A program made the translations under genes and the position numbers. A model generated the notes under the pieces. It made no database searches. It saw only the letters and a program-made list of their open reading frames with translations, and was not told where the DNA came from. Of a DNA stretch of 64,000 bases, positions 27,307-40,536 are shown one piece after another. The DNA lies in NCBI GenBank assembly GCA_963727455.1, contig CAVSGG010000001.1, positions 32,001 through 96,000 on the forward strand, in the 5' to 3' direction. Positions within the stretch are counted from its first letter, which is position 1, and each line of letters opens with the position of its first letter. Source of the stretch: Candidatus Krumholzibacteriota bacterium. GTDB lineage: Bacteria > Krumholzibacteriota > Krumholzibacteriia > JAJRXK01.

Positions 27307-27443
27307 GGTGGATAACCCGCACCCGGCACAGCAACGTTATCCCCAGTTTTTCTGACCTGGGGATAAGATGGGGCTCCACGGGAATATTTTGGGCTAAGTC
27401 CTTACATTTTAATTAGTTCCCGGCTTTTCCCGGATGTGGATAA
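27307..27443. promoter_or_regulatory. DnaA boxes upstream of dnaA
   Basis: GGTGGATAA 27307, TTATCCCCA 27337, TGGGGATAA 27358, and a perfect TGTGGATAA at 27435. Confidence 0.8.
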
Positions 27444-27509
27444 GTCCCTGTGAAGTTGTGTCCTCTGGTCGAGCTTTGCCCCTCGACCCAACGAGAGGAA
27501 GCCCCACTC

Positions 27510-28916
27510 GTGCCCCCTTCTCGAACGACGCCCGCGAATCACACCCAACATGATTCTCTGCGGGACGAGCAAACGCTCTGGACGGAAATCCTCGAAGTTG
27601 TGCGCCAAAACGTCAATCAGCAGACTTTCGAGACTTGGTTTCGCCAGACCCATTTCCTCTCACTGCGCGAGGGGGTCCTCGCCATCCAGGGGCCCAACCA
27701 GTTTTTCGTCGATTGGCTGACGGAGCACCACCTGGAAACTCTGCGCGCGGCGGCCCAGCGGATTCTGGGCCGGAGCATCGAAATCCAGATTTTGGTCGAT
27801 CCGCAGCCCAGCACGGTCGGGAGCTTCGATCCGAGGGCCTCGGTCAGCCCCGCGCCCGAAGCCGACGGCCGGCGACGCACCCCGCGCGAGGCGGGTCTCA
27901 ACCAGCGCTATGTCTTCTCGAACTTCGTGGTGGGAGATAACAATCGCCTGGCGCACGCGGCCTGCGAGGCCGTGGCGGAGCAGCCGGCCCAAGCCTACAA
28001 CCCGCTCTTTCTCTACGGCGGAGTGGGCCTGGGCAAGACCCACCTCATGCAGGCCATTGGCAATGAAGTCCTCACGCGCGACCCACGGACCATGGTGCAC
28101 TACGTCTCGGCCGAAAACTTCATGAACGAACTCATTCAGTCCATTCGCAGCGGGAAGACCTTCGAATTCAAGAACCGCTACCGGAACGTCGACCTGTTGC
28201 TCATCGACGACATTCAATTTCTCGCGGGGAAAGAGAGCACCCAACAGGAATTCTTCCACACGTTCAACGCGCTCTACGATGCCAACAAGCAGATCGTGGT
28301 GACCTGTGACCGGCCACCCAAGGAGATTCCCACTCTGGAGGAGCGGCTTCGTTCGCGCTTCGAGTGGGGATTGATCACGGATTTGCAGGCGCCGAAGCTC
28401 GAAACCCGGATCGCGATTCTCAAGAAGAAGGTGGAGAAGGAAGAAATCGTAATCCCCGACGAAGTTCTGGTGCTCATCGCCGAACGTGTGACGAACAACA
28501 TCCGTGAATTGGAGGGCGCGCTGATCCGGCTTCTGGCCTTCGCCAGTCTGACGGGAAGCAAGATCCACATCGAGATGGCAAAGGAGGTATTGAGCACCTT
28601 TCTGAACCGCAATCGTCCCAAGCGTCCGGTTTCTCTGGTAGAGGTAACCAAGGCGGTGGCTGGGTACTACGATATCTCCTTGGATCTCTTGCGCTCCAAG
28701 ACTCGCACCAAGCCCATCGCCCATGCTCGGCAGATCGCCATGTACCTGTGTCGTGAGCTGACTGGTGCTTCCCTGAATCAGATCGGTATGCGCTTCGGAG
28801 GGCGTGACCACACCACGGTGCATCATGCGTGGCAGAAGATCACGCGTCTGGAGGAAATCGATCCCGACGTACACTCCGAGCTCGAGGATCTGATCAAGTC
28901 GTTGCATAGCGCGTGA
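27510..28916 (+). CDS. dnaA: Chromosomal replication initiator DnaA
   Basis: YNPLFLYGGVGLGKTHL, LLIDDIQF, RSRFEWGL, GGRDHTTV; GTG 27510 with SD GAGG preferred over 27450. Confidence 0.97.
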   Translation: MPPSRTTPANHTQHDSLRDEQTLWTEILEVVRQNVNQQTFETWFRQTHFLSLREGVLAIQGPNQFFVDWLTEHHLETLRAAAQRILGRSIEIQILVDPQPSTVGSFDPRASVSPAPEADGRRRTPREAGLNQRYVFSNFVVGDNNRLAHAACEAVAEQPAQAYNPLFLYGGVGLGKTHLMQAIGNEVLTRDPRTMVHYVSAENFMNELIQSIRSGKTFEFKNRYRNVDLLLIDDIQFLAGKESTQQEFFHTFNALYDANKQIVVTCDRPPKEIPTLEERLRSRFEWGLITDLQAPKLETRIAILKKKVEKEEIVIPDEVLVLIAERVTNNIRELEGALIRLLAFASLTGSKIHIEMAKEVLSTFLNRNRPKRPVSLVEVTKAVAGYYDISLDLLRSKTRTKPIAHARQIAMYLCRELTGASLNQIGMRFGGRDHTTVHHAWQKITRLEEIDPDVHSELEDLIKSLHSA

Positions 28917-29342
28917 CCCGTCCGACCGACTGAACGCGCGTGGGGGCCTTTCTCGGACGAGAGAGACCCCCTTTCTCTTATCGTATCGTGGGGGACAGAA
29001 GTTTGGGCACGAGCTGGGGAAAGGCGGAGGAAAAGACGGGGACGAAATCCACGAGTCGCCCGGAATCTCGACTGGCTTGGGATAAGAGAAGAGGAAGTTC
29101 GTTCTTCTCCCCGGATCATCCGCACCCTGGCTTAGTTGTTAAGGTATTGCGACAATTCGAGTTAAGCTGTGAAATGAGGATTTTATCCCCGAAATCCCCA
29201 GCCCTACGTACTACTACTCTCTTTTTCTCTTAATGAAAGAGAAACAGAGATCCCGCGGGCTTGCTCGTAGGACGGAGCTGCGATAGCATAGCTCTCTCTT
29301 TCTCTTTTGCACTCTTGAGAGTCTTCCAAGCGAGGCCCCACG
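28917..29342. other. oriC: Replication origin oriC (dnaA-dnaN intergenic region)
   Basis: Tandem boxes TTATCCCCG (29183) and AAATCCCCA (29192), GC clamp GCCC, DnaA-trio-like TACGTACTACTACT (29205-29218), then an AT-rich run; gene orientation switches near here. Confidence 0.82.
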
Positions 29343-30467
29343 GTGAAGATCCAGGTTCAACAGAACGAACTCGTACGCGCGCTGGGAGCTGTGGCGAACG
29401 TCGTCAGTAGCAAAGCCACCCTACCCATCCTTTCCACCATACTTTTCGACCAGAAAGGAAAGACGCTCACTCTGTCGGCGACGGACCTGGATGTCTCCGT
29501 GGTCACCAGAGTTCGAGAAGTGGAAGTAGAGAGTGAAGGCAAGGCGGCGGTTCCCGCTGCGAAGTTCGTACCCTTCGTGCGAACGCTCGGCTCCCATTCG
29601 GTCAAGATCGAAGCGGACAAAGAACACGTTCTGCTGCGCAGTGGGAAGGCAAAACTCGAAGAACCCTGCATGGATCCCGATGATTTTCCGGCACTTCCGC
29701 GGGTTCAAGAAGCCGAGTCGTTTACCATTGCCGGGTCAACCCTGGTCGACATGATTCGTACTTGTATCTATGCGACTTCCAAGGACGAAACCCGTCCCGC
29801 CTTACAAGGTGTCTACTGGGAGATTTCCGACGGACACTTCACCATGGTGGCCACCGATGGCCATCGTCTCAGTCGTGTCCGTAGAAAGACCGGGATCGCC
29901 AAAAAATTGAGCCGCAAGCTCATTGCCTCCTCCGGTGGACTGCAGCAGGTCATGCGCTTGGCCGAGAACCTCGACGAGGTGACGATCTATCTGGGTGAGC
30001 ATCAGTTGAGTTTCGAGATGGATACCACCATCATCCATACTCGATTGGTGGAGGGGAGTTTTCCTAACTACGAGCAGGTGCTCCCCAAGAACAACGAGCG
30101 TCGCATCGTCTGCGACCGGGAAGCCCTCATCGATGGCATCCGGCGGGTCAAGGTCTCGGCGGATCGGGTGACCAACCAAATTCGTTTGGGAGTCTCCGGA
30201 AAGACCATGAAACTCTCCGCCAGCGGGACTGAGGGTTCCCGCGCGGAAGACGAAGTGGCGATCGAGTACGAGGGAGAGGACGTTTCCATCGGCTTCAACC
30301 ACGGCTACGTGGAAGACATTCTCAAACACTTCAAGACGGAGAATCTACTCATCGCCCTGGACCGGCCCGACAGCGCCGCGATCTTTCTGCCCGGGGACGA
30401 TGCCAAGGCCGAGATTCTCAAAAGCGACGACTTGTGCCTCTTGATGCCACTGCGGTTGAACGACTAG
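29343..30467 (+). CDS. dnaN: DNA polymerase III beta clamp
   Basis: LPILS, ATDLD, VATDGHRLS, FPNYEQVLP, C-terminal LLMPLR. Confidence 0.96.
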   Translation: MKIQVQQNELVRALGAVANVVSSKATLPILSTILFDQKGKTLTLSATDLDVSVVTRVREVEVESEGKAAVPAAKFVPFVRTLGSHSVKIEADKEHVLLRSGKAKLEEPCMDPDDFPALPRVQEAESFTIAGSTLVDMIRTCIYATSKDETRPALQGVYWEISDGHFTMVATDGHRLSRVRRKTGIAKKLSRKLIASSGGLQQVMRLAENLDEVTIYLGEHQLSFEMDTTIIHTRLVEGSFPNYEQVLPKNNERRIVCDREALIDGIRRVKVSADRVTNQIRLGVSGKTMKLSASGTEGSRAEDEVAIEYEGEDVSIGFNHGYVEDILKHFKTENLLIALDRPDSAAIFLPGDDAKAEILKSDDLCLLMPLRLND

Positions 30468-30498
30468 AAGACCGCCCCCCTGAGCGAGAGGCAATCCG

Positions 30499-31678
30499 GT
30501 GATTTTGACAAGAGTTAAACTCTTGAATTACCGGAATTTGAGCAATCTCTCGCTGGAGTTTTCTCCCAAAATCAATATCTTCTTGGGACGGAATGGACAG
30601 GGAAAAACGAACCTGCTCGAAGCGCTCTCGTACCTGGCCATGGGCCGTTCCCACCGAGGCGCAAAGGACCGCGAGCTGATTCGTTTCGGCAGCGATCACC
30701 TTCATCTCAAAGTGGAAGGATGCGATCGAGAGGGCGAAGATTTCAGCCTGGAAGCCGCTCTCACGACGCAAGGCCAGAAGAGGATCAAGATCGACGGATC
30801 TACGATCGCGCGGAACACCGAGCTCGTAGGGCGCCTGTCGGCGGTACTCTTCCATCCCGATGAGATCGCTCTGGCAAAAGGAAGTCCGGAACACCGGAGG
30901 CGCTTCCTCGATCTCACGCTGAGTGTGGTTGAAGCCTCGTACTTTCAGAATCTGATGGGATACCGTCGAGCCCTGGCGCAGAAGAACCGTTTGCTGAAGG
31001 ATCGACAGTTTGCCACGGAACGGGAATTGGCGGTTTGGGACGCGGAACTGGTCCAGTACGGGACTCCCGTGATCCTCGTCCGCCGGCAGCTTTTGAGCGC
31101 TCTGGAACGCGCTTGCCAGGAGTCATATTCCGCCTTGGCTCCTGACGGCGGGAGCCTCAAAATGGAGCTGGTTCCGTCGTTTCGTCCCCGCAGTCTTCCC
31201 GAGGACGAGGGCGACGAAGCTGCCTTCTGGAGAACGGAATTTCTGCACGCCTTGGGCGAAGGAAGGGCCCGCGAGCGGAAGCTGGGATTCGCCCAGATCG
31301 GTCCCCACCGTGAGCGCCTCGAGCTGCGCCTTCAGGGAAGAGCGCTGCGACGTTTCGGCTCGCAGGGCGAGATGCGATCGGCCGCGATCGCGTTGAAGCT
31401 AGGACAGGCCGCGCTGATTTACGAGCGGACGAAAGAGCGGCCCGTCGTCCTGTTGGATGATATTTTTAGTGAGCTCGATCAGCAGCGGACCCGAGCTCTG
31501 CAGAGTCTGTTGCATCACGAGCATCAGCTTTTCATCGCCACCGCTCGGCTCGACGACGTGGTTGGGATGCGAGACTTCGAGGACTTGAAAGTCTGGCTCG
31601 TTCGCGAAGGGAAACTCGAGGCGATCGACGATTTGCAGAGTATGCAGAGCCACTTCGAGCCAGACAAACTCGAAGGGA

Positions 31679-31686
<8 letters not shown>
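30499..31686 (+). CDS. recF: DNA replication and repair protein RecF
   Basis: GRNGQGKTNLLEA, RRRFLD, GSQGE, LLDDIFSELD. Confidence 0.95.
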
Positions 31687-33998
<2,312 letters not shown>

Positions 33999-34010
33999 TA
34001 GGAGCGCAGA

Positions 34011-36485
34011 ATGGCGGAAGAATTCAAAGAGCGAATTCAGACGGTAAACATTGAAAACAAGATGAAGTCCGCGTATCTGGACTATTCGATGTCCGTGATC
34101 ATATCGCGTGCCCTTCCCGACGTTCGCGACGGACTAAAGCCGGTACATCGGCGAGTGCTCACCGCGATGAACGATCTGAACCTCTCGCCGGGCCGCCCCT
34201 ATCGCAAGAGCGCGAAGATCACCGGTGACACCACGGGTAACTATCATCCACACGGAACCGCCGCGGTTTATGACACCCTGGTGCGCATGGCGCAGGATTT
34301 TTCTCTGCGCTATCCCCTGGTAGACGGTCAGGGAAACTTCGGCTCCATCGACGGAGACAGCCCGGCGGCCGAGCGATACACCGAAGCGCGTCTGGCTCCG
34401 TTCGCGATGGAGCTGTTGCAGGATCTCGACAAGGAAACCGTCGACTTCATTCCCAACTACGACGGATCGCGCGAGATGCCCTCGGTTCTTCCCAGCGCCA
34501 TTCCCAATCTTCTGGTGAACGGAAGCACGGGCATCGCGGTGGGCATGGCCACCAATTGTCCTCCGCACAATTTGTGCGAGATCGTGGACGGACTGATCGC
34601 GCTGCTCGACGACCCGGAGCTGGAAGCCATCCAGCTCTTGGACCACGTGAAGGGCCCCGACTTCCCTACCGGCGGGATCATTCACGGGCGGCAGGGCATC
34701 ATCGATTACATCGCGACGGGACGCGGCCGCATCGTGATGCGCGCACGCTGCGAATACGAAGAGCTCAAGAATGGCCGCGAAGCGATCATCGTCACCGAGA
34801 TTCCCTACTACGTGAACAAGTCGGAGTTGATCCAGAAGATCGCCCAACACGTGCGCGCGGGGATTATCGAGGGAATCGCCGATCTGGCCGACGAGAGCGA
34901 CCGCAAGGGAATGCGCATCGTAATTCAACTGAAGAAGGACGCGCATCGCGACGTGGTACTCAACCAGCTCTTCAAACACACAAACCTTCAGTCGACCTTT
35001 GGCGTCAACAGCATCGCTCTGGTGGGTACGCAACCGAAGCTTCTGAGCCTCAAGGACATGATGTCCGAGTACTTGAAGTTTCGCGAAGAGGTCGTGGTTC
35101 GAAGAACGGAATTCGAATTGCGCAAGGCCGAAGCGCGCGCGCACATCCTCGAGGGTTATCGTATCGCGCTGGAGAACATCGACGAAGTCGTCGAACTCAT
35201 CAAGAAGAGCCCGGATGGGCCGACCGCCCGAGAGCGCCTCATGGAGCGCTTCGAACTCAGCGAGGTCCAAGCTCAGGCCATTCTCGACTTGCGTCTGCAG
35301 AGACTGACCGGCCTCGAACGCGACAAGATCGAAAAGGAGTACCTGGAACTCATTCAGGAAATCGAAAGACTGCGCAGCATTCTCGCCAGCCGCAGTATGC
35401 AACTCGGCATTATCCGGGACGAACTGCTCGAGGTACGCGAGAGATTCGGGGACGAACGCCGCACCGAGATCGTGGATGTGGAGGGGGAACTCTCGATCGA
35501 AGATCTCATTCCCGAGGAAGACATGGTGGTGACCATCAGTCACGGTCAGTACGTGAAGCGGCTGCCGGTCGACACCTATCGCCTCCAGGGCCGCGGTGGA
35601 CGTGGTGTGACGGGCGCGAGCTTGAAGGACGAGGATTGGGTCGAGCACCTCTTCGTAGCCAACACGCACCAGTACCTGTTGGTCTTCACCAGTAGCGGCC
35701 GCTGCCATTGGCTGAAGGTACACCAGATCCCCCAGGCGGGCCGCGCCGCCAAGGGCAAGGCCATCGTGAATCTTTTGGCGCTGGAACGGGAAGAGTTGGT
35801 GCGCGCCATCGTGCCCGTGCCGGGAGAGTTCGACGAGAATCATTACGTGCTGTTTGTCACCGAGGCGGGACTGGTCAAGCGGACCTCGCTGGATCAGTTC
35901 TCCAACATTCGCCGCTCGGGAATCCGGGCCATCGACATCGTCGAGGGGGACCGCCTCATGGGCGCGGCGCTCACCGACGGCAGCACCCACGTGATCCTCG
36001 GCGTGAGGTCGGGAAAGTCGATCCGCTTCGACGAGAACGACGTGCGGCCCATGGGGCGCACCGCCCGCGGAGTGAAGGGAATCGAGCTCTCCTCGGGCGA
36101 CGACCGCGTGGTGGGGATGATCGTGACCGACCCCAACGAAGAGGTCAGCGTGCTCTCGGTGACCGAGAACGGGTATGGCAAGAGAACTCCGCTGACGGAG
36201 TATCGCCCGCAGGGTCGCGGGGGCAAGGGCATCATCACCATGAACATCACCAAGAGGAACGGTCCTCTGGTGGGAGTCCAGCTCGCGCGCGAGGAGGACA
36301 GCCTCATGGTGATCACCCGCAACGGGATCGTGATCAAGATGGCCATGGAGAGCATCTCCAGCATGGGCCGCAACACCCAGGGCGTCCGACTCATCAACCT
36401 GGACGAGGAGGATGTGGTGGCCACGGTGGCGCCGGTTGCGGAGAACTCCGAGCTGGAAGCGGAGGGCGAGGACGACGCGGAATAG
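34011..36485 (+). CDS. gyrA: DNA gyrase subunit A
   Basis: [21 protein letters not shown], GyrA-box QGRGGRG. Confidence 0.97.
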   Translation: MAEEFKERIQTVNIENKMKSAYLDYSMSVIISRALPDVRDGLKPVHRRVLTAMNDLNLSPGRPYRKSAKITGDTTGNYHPHGTAAVYDTLVRMAQDFSLRYPLVDGQGNFGSIDGDSPAAERYTEARLAPFAMELLQDLDKETVDFIPNYDGSREMPSVLPSAIPNLLVNGSTGIAVGMATNCPPHNLCEIVDGLIALLDDPELEAIQLLDHVKGPDFPTGGIIHGRQGIIDYIATGRGRIVMRARCEYEELKNGREAIIVTEIPYYVNKSELIQKIAQHVRAGIIEGIADLADESDRKGMRIVIQLKKDAHRDVVLNQLFKHTNLQSTFGVNSIALVGTQPKLLSLKDMMSEYLKFREEVVVRRTEFELRKAEARAHILEGYRIALENIDEVVELIKKSPDGPTARERLMERFELSEVQAQAILDLRLQRLTGLERDKIEKEYLELIQEIERLRSILASRSMQLGIIRDELLEVRERFGDERRTEIVDVEGELSIEDLIPEEDMVVTISHGQYVKRLPVDTYRLQGRGGRGVTGASLKDEDWVEHLFVANTHQYLLVFTSSGRCHWLKVHQIPQAGRAAKGKAIVNLLALEREELVRAIVPVPGEFDENHYVLFVTEAGLVKRTSLDQFSNIRRSGIRAIDIVEGDRLMGAALTDGSTHVILGVRSGKSIRFDENDVRPMGRTARGVKGIELSSGDDRVVGMIVTDPNEEVSVLSVTENGYGKRTPLTEYRPQGRGGKGIITMNITKRNGPLVGVQLAREEDSLMVITRNGIVIKMAMESISSMGRNTQGVRLINLDEEDVVATVAPVAENSELEAEGEDDAE

Positions 36486-36488
36486 GCC

Positions 36489-37388
36489 CTAGTCGGCGCG
36501 CGGACTCGCCAAGAACGCGATCATGGGCCCCTCAGCCCGAGTGAAAGCGGAAGAACGCGCGAGGAAGGTCCACTCGCTGGCAGGAAAGAGCCGCTGGACC
36601 TCTTCGGGGGCAAGACGATAGCGGGTGCGGCGCGGGCCCGCGTGCGGGGCCCCGGGATCCAGCGACGATTCGCTCGCGTAGGTGCGCACGAATACGGCGC
36701 CCGCGGGCCTCAACCGCGCGCGCAGCCCTCTCATCAAAGTTTTTTCGTGGAATCGCACCATCAGCACCAGGCCGAAGGGCGCCTCGGGCAGCCGGGCAGA
36801 ACTCGTCAAATTAATTTGATGAATTGTGATCCGATCCTCCAATCCGTGGCGCCGCGCCCGGTCCTGGGCCAGAGACAGGGCATCAGGCAGGCGGTCGTAG
36901 AGATGGACCCGGTAGCCCAGGGCGGCCAGAAACACCGCATTCCGGCCATTTCCCGCCCCAAGATCCGCGACGGACCCCAGAGCGGGGGCCGGAAGCAGCG
37001 CCCGTTGCTCCTGGAGGTAAGGGTCGGGACTCCACAGGGCCCCGCGACAGGGTCCGGCCTGCAGGGGCAGCTCCTTGGCCGGCCCCGCGAAGTAGCGGGC
37101 GTCATGGCCGCGCTGCAGCAAGTACTGCGCGGCGGCGCGCGCGCGCTCGGGCTCGTCATCGAAGACGATGAGTGAGGAGTCCGTCACGGGCAGCATGTGG
37201 GCGGGAAGATCGGCTGCAAAATCCATGGCCTGACCCAAAGGCAGACACGCGCTCCCGGGGAGATGATTGGCGGCGGAAGGAGGGGGTGGGCGAAGGTCCA
37301 GGATGCGACAGCCCCAGTGCCGCGTTTCCTCGGCGAGGGCGAGAAGCTCGGAAATGCTCGCGGGGCTGAGGGCGGGGCGGGTATCCAT
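36489..37388 (-). CDS. Rhodanese-like domain fused to a TehB-like SAM methyltransferase
   Basis: ILDLRP..HLPGS (rhodanese); ADLGAGNGRNAVFLAALGY (methyltransferase). Confidence 0.7.
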   Translation of the reverse strand: MDTRPALSPASISELLALAEETRHWGCRILDLRPPPPSAANHLPGSACLPLGQAMDFAADLPAHMLPVTDSSLIVFDDEPERARAAAQYLLQRGHDARYFAGPAKELPLQAGPCRGALWSPDPYLQEQRALLPAPALGSVADLGAGNGRNAVFLAALGYRVHLYDRLPDALSLAQDRARRHGLEDRITIHQINLTSSARLPEAPFGLVLMVRFHEKTLMRGLRARLRPAGAVFVRTYASESSLDPGAPHAGPRRTRYRLAPEEVQRLFPASEWTFLARSSAFTRAEGPMIAFLASPRAD

Positions 37389-37477
37389 GGCGCGTTACTC
37401 TAGCAGAGAACTTCTCTTCCGCGGTAGCGCCGCCCCACCCGCAGGCGCTAGTCTCCACGCGCGCCCCGGGAGGTAGC

Positions 37478-38716
37478 ATGGCCACCACGAAGATCAAGGA
37501 TCCGGTCGAAGGGCTCATCGACCTGGACCGCCTGCCCGGCGTTCCCGCGGCGGCGGTGCGCGCCCTCATCGATACCCCTGAACTCCAGAGGCTGCGCCAG
37601 GTCAAGCAGCTCGGGTTCACCGAACTCGTCTACCCCGGCGCCACCCATACGCGCTTCGCCCACAGCCTGGGCGCCTTCCAAGGTTGCCAGCGTACGATGC
37701 GCCAGCTGCGCGCTGCGGGAGCCGAGATCCCTCCCGAGTGGTTCGTCGCCACGGCCCTGGCCTGTCTGCTGCACGACCTGGGCCACGGTCCCTTCAGCCA
37801 CACCTTCGAAGCCGTGGTGCAGCGCAAGCACGAGGAGTGGACTCGAGAACTGGTGACGGGAGGCCCCGCCGTCCCCATGCGCCTCGAGGACATTCTTCCG
37901 GGCACGCTGGATCGCGTGCATCAGCTCCTGAGGGGAGCGGTGGAGGATCCGGAACTCGCATGGCTGGGAGACCTGGTGTCCAGCGCGCTCGACTGCGATC
38001 GCATGGACTATCTGCGGCGGGATTCCCTGCACACCGGCACGCGCTACGGTGCGATCGATCGGGACTGGCTGATCCGGGCCATGGTCCCCAGCCGCGACCG
38101 CCGCGCCATCCTGGTGGTCGAGCAGGGACGCAGCGCGGTGGAACAGTATCTGATCGGGCGCTACCACATGTTTCAGAACGTCTACTTGCACAAGACCGGG
38201 CGTGGCTTCGAGACGGCCTTCCGCGGGCTGTGCCGCCGCTTGCAGATTCTCGGCCCCGGTGCGACTCCCAGAGAGTGCCGGGTCATGCACATCCTGCACG
38301 AGGAAACCCTCGGCTTGGAGCGGTATCTCACTCTGACCGACGCCCACTTCCTGGTCGATCTCGACGCCCTGGTTGCGCACGAAGACTTGACCGTCCGCGT
38401 CCTGGCCCAGGCGCTGCGCTTCCGCCGTCCCTTGCGCAGTATCTCCTCCGACGGAGGGAGCGAAGCGCTCCAGGAGGAATTCGAGCGGCAGCGCGCTCGC
38501 GCGGACAAGGCCGGCCTGGATCCGGACTGCGCAGTGTGGGTGGATCGCGCAGCCGACGTTCCCTACCGCCCCTACTCACCGAGCGAGGGACGCAAGGGTC
38601 TGCGCGTGCGCACCGCATCCGGCCGTTTGGTGGACATCACCGAACTCAGCCCCACCCTCCGGGTGCTCGCGGAGCCGGTGGTGGTGCACCGGCTGTACTG
38701 GGTGGCTTTGCAGTGA
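37478..38716 (+). CDS. HD-domain phosphohydrolase (SAMHD1/YwfO-like dNTPase family)
   Basis: QRLRQVKQLG..YPGATHTRFAHSLG, LLHDLGHGPFSH, DCDRMDYLRRD, VYLHK. Confidence 0.88.
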   Translation: MATTKIKDPVEGLIDLDRLPGVPAAAVRALIDTPELQRLRQVKQLGFTELVYPGATHTRFAHSLGAFQGCQRTMRQLRAAGAEIPPEWFVATALACLLHDLGHGPFSHTFEAVVQRKHEEWTRELVTGGPAVPMRLEDILPGTLDRVHQLLRGAVEDPELAWLGDLVSSALDCDRMDYLRRDSLHTGTRYGAIDRDWLIRAMVPSRDRRAILVVEQGRSAVEQYLIGRYHMFQNVYLHKTGRGFETAFRGLCRRLQILGPGATPRECRVMHILHEETLGLERYLTLTDAHFLVDLDALVAHEDLTVRVLAQALRFRRPLRSISSDGGSEALQEEFERQRARADKAGLDPDCAVWVDRAADVPYRPYSPSEGRKGLRVRTASGRLVDITELSPTLRVLAEPVVVHRLYWVALQ

Positions 38717-38717
38717 A

Positions 38718-38746
38718 AACGCCCCCCGCCAGTGGCGGAGGGCGTT
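38718..38746. terminator. Hairpin between the convergent HD gene and pntB
   Basis: AACGCCC-C-CCGCC/GGCGG-A-GGGCGTT stem. Confidence 0.5.
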
Positions 38747-38794
38747 CCTCTCATCGATGGCGAAGGCTCTTGCCTCCGCGAATTCAGCGGCAGC

Positions 38795-40249
38795 TCAGAA
38801 GGATTCCTTCACCTCGTTGACGACTTCGGTGAGGACCTTCTTGGCGTCTCCGAACACCATGATCGCGTTGTCGTAGTCGAAGAGCTCGTTGCGGATGCCG
38901 GCAAACCCTGGCGACAGCGAACGCTTGATGATGAATACGGTCCGCGCCTCATGCACGTTGAGGATCGGCATCCCCGCAATGGGGCTGTTCGGATCGTTGA
39001 TCGCCGCCGGATTGACCACGTCATTCGCCCCGAGAATGATCGCCACGTCGGTGGTCTTGAACTCGGGGTTGATATCGTCCATTTCGATGAGCTGCTCGTA
39101 GGGCACGTCGGCTTCCGCCAAGAGCACGTTCATGTGTCCTGGCATGCGCCCCGCCACTGGATGGATGGCGTAGGACACTTTGGAGCCGTGCTTCTCCAGG
39201 AGATTCGCGAGCTCTTTGGTGACGTGCTGGGCCTGCGCGACGGCCAGGCCGTAGCCAGGCACGAAGACCACCGATTCGGCGTCTTCGAGAATCATCGCCA
39301 TTTCCTCCGGAGAGGACTGCTTGATGTTCGTGTAGCCCTCGCTGCCGCCGCCCGAGGTGTCACCTCCGAAGCCGCCGATGAGCACGTTGCCCAGGCTGCG
39401 ATTCATCGCCTTGCACATGATCTCCGAGAGGATGATGCCCGAGGCGCCCACCAAGGAGCCCGAAACGATGAGCAGGTTGTTGCGCAGCACGAAGCCGGTC
39501 ATCGCGGCCGCGATTCCCGAGTAGCTGTTCAAGAGCGAGATGACTACCGGCATGTCGGCCCCGCCGATGGGAATGACGGCCAGGACACCCAGAATGAGCG
39601 AGGCTGCCAACACGGCGAGACAGAGGCCGAGGACGAAGGTGCCCGAGTAGCTGCCGAAGGCGAGCATCCCCGCCACTGCCAGCGCGAAGACGAAGAGCAC
39701 CAGGTTCAGGATGTGCCGCCCCGGGAGGAGGATCGGGTTGCCGGTCATCTTGCCCGCCAGTTTGGCGTAGGCCACCAGGCTCCCGGTCAGAGTCACCGCT
39801 CCCACTAAGAGTGAAAGGACGGTGGACACCGCCACGTCCATCCCCCCCAGGACCTGATGGACTTCCAGGACTCCGGTGTGACCGGGCATGGCCATGGTGC
39901 TGTGCACCGCGCGCCACACTACGCTCAAGCCCACCAGAGCGGAGGCCATCCCTCCGAAGCCGTTGAACACGGCCACCATCTCGGGCATTTGAGTCATCTG
40001 CACCCGGATGGCCGCAACCGCTCCGAGCAGACTTCCCAAAATCACGCCCGCGATCATGTAGCGGTAATCGACGGTTTGGGTCGCTCTCAGGTTGATGTCG
40101 AGCACGGTCAGTGCGATGGCCAGGAACATTCCGAAGCCAGCCAGCTGATTTCCGTGACGCGCCGTGCGCACCTTCGAGAGGCGCTTGATTCCAAAGATGA
40201 AGAACGCGGTGGATACCAGGTATCCCAGAGGAATGAGGTTGCTCTGCAT
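38795..40249 (-). CDS. pntB: NAD(P) transhydrogenase beta subunit
   Basis: MTQMPEMVA, IGGADMPVVISLLNSYSG, HPVAGRMPGHMNVLLAEA, GANDVVNP. Confidence 0.96.
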   Translation of the reverse strand: MQSNLIPLGYLVSTAFFIFGIKRLSKVRTARHGNQLAGFGMFLAIALTVLDINLRATQTVDYRYMIAGVILGSLLGAVAAIRVQMTQMPEMVAVFNGFGGMASALVGLSVVWRAVHSTMAMPGHTGVLEVHQVLGGMDVAVSTVLSLLVGAVTLTGSLVAYAKLAGKMTGNPILLPGRHILNLVLFVFALAVAGMLAFGSYSGTFVLGLCLAVLAASLILGVLAVIPIGGADMPVVISLLNSYSGIAAAMTGFVLRNNLLIVSGSLVGASGIILSEIMCKAMNRSLGNVLIGGFGGDTSGGGSEGYTNIKQSSPEEMAMILEDAESVVFVPGYGLAVAQAQHVTKELANLLEKHGSKVSYAIHPVAGRMPGHMNVLLAEADVPYEQLIEMDDINPEFKTTDVAIILGANDVVNPAAINDPNSPIAGMPILNVHEARTVFIIKRSLSPGFAGIRNELFDYDNAIMVFGDAKKVLTEVVNEVKESF

Positions 40250-40252
40250 CGA

Positions 40253-40534
40253 TTACCCCTTCCTCTTGAACATCTGCAGCATGCGATCGGTCACCATGAA
40301 ACCACCCACCACGTTGATCATGGCCACGGTGATGGCGACGAAGCCGAGAATGTTGGCCGTGCTCAGGCGCCCGGTCTGCGCGCAGTAGAGCGCGCCCACG
40401 ATGGTGATGCCGGAAATGGCATTCGCTCCGGACATGAGCGGGGTGTGTAGAGTTGGCGGCACCTTCGTGATGAGCTCGACGCCCAGGAAGATGGCCAGCA
40501 CGAAAACGGTGAGCCCCATCATGAATGGTGACAT
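40253..40534 (-). CDS. pntA: NAD(P) transhydrogenase alpha subunit, membrane part (alpha2)
   Basis: VPPTLHTPLMSGANAISG, NVVGGFMVTDRMLQMF. Confidence 0.93.
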   Translation of the reverse strand: MSPFMMGLTVFVLAIFLGVELITKVPPTLHTPLMSGANAISGITIVGALYCAQTGRLSTANILGFVAITVAMINVVGGFMVTDRMLQMFKRKG

Positions 40535-40536
40535 GG

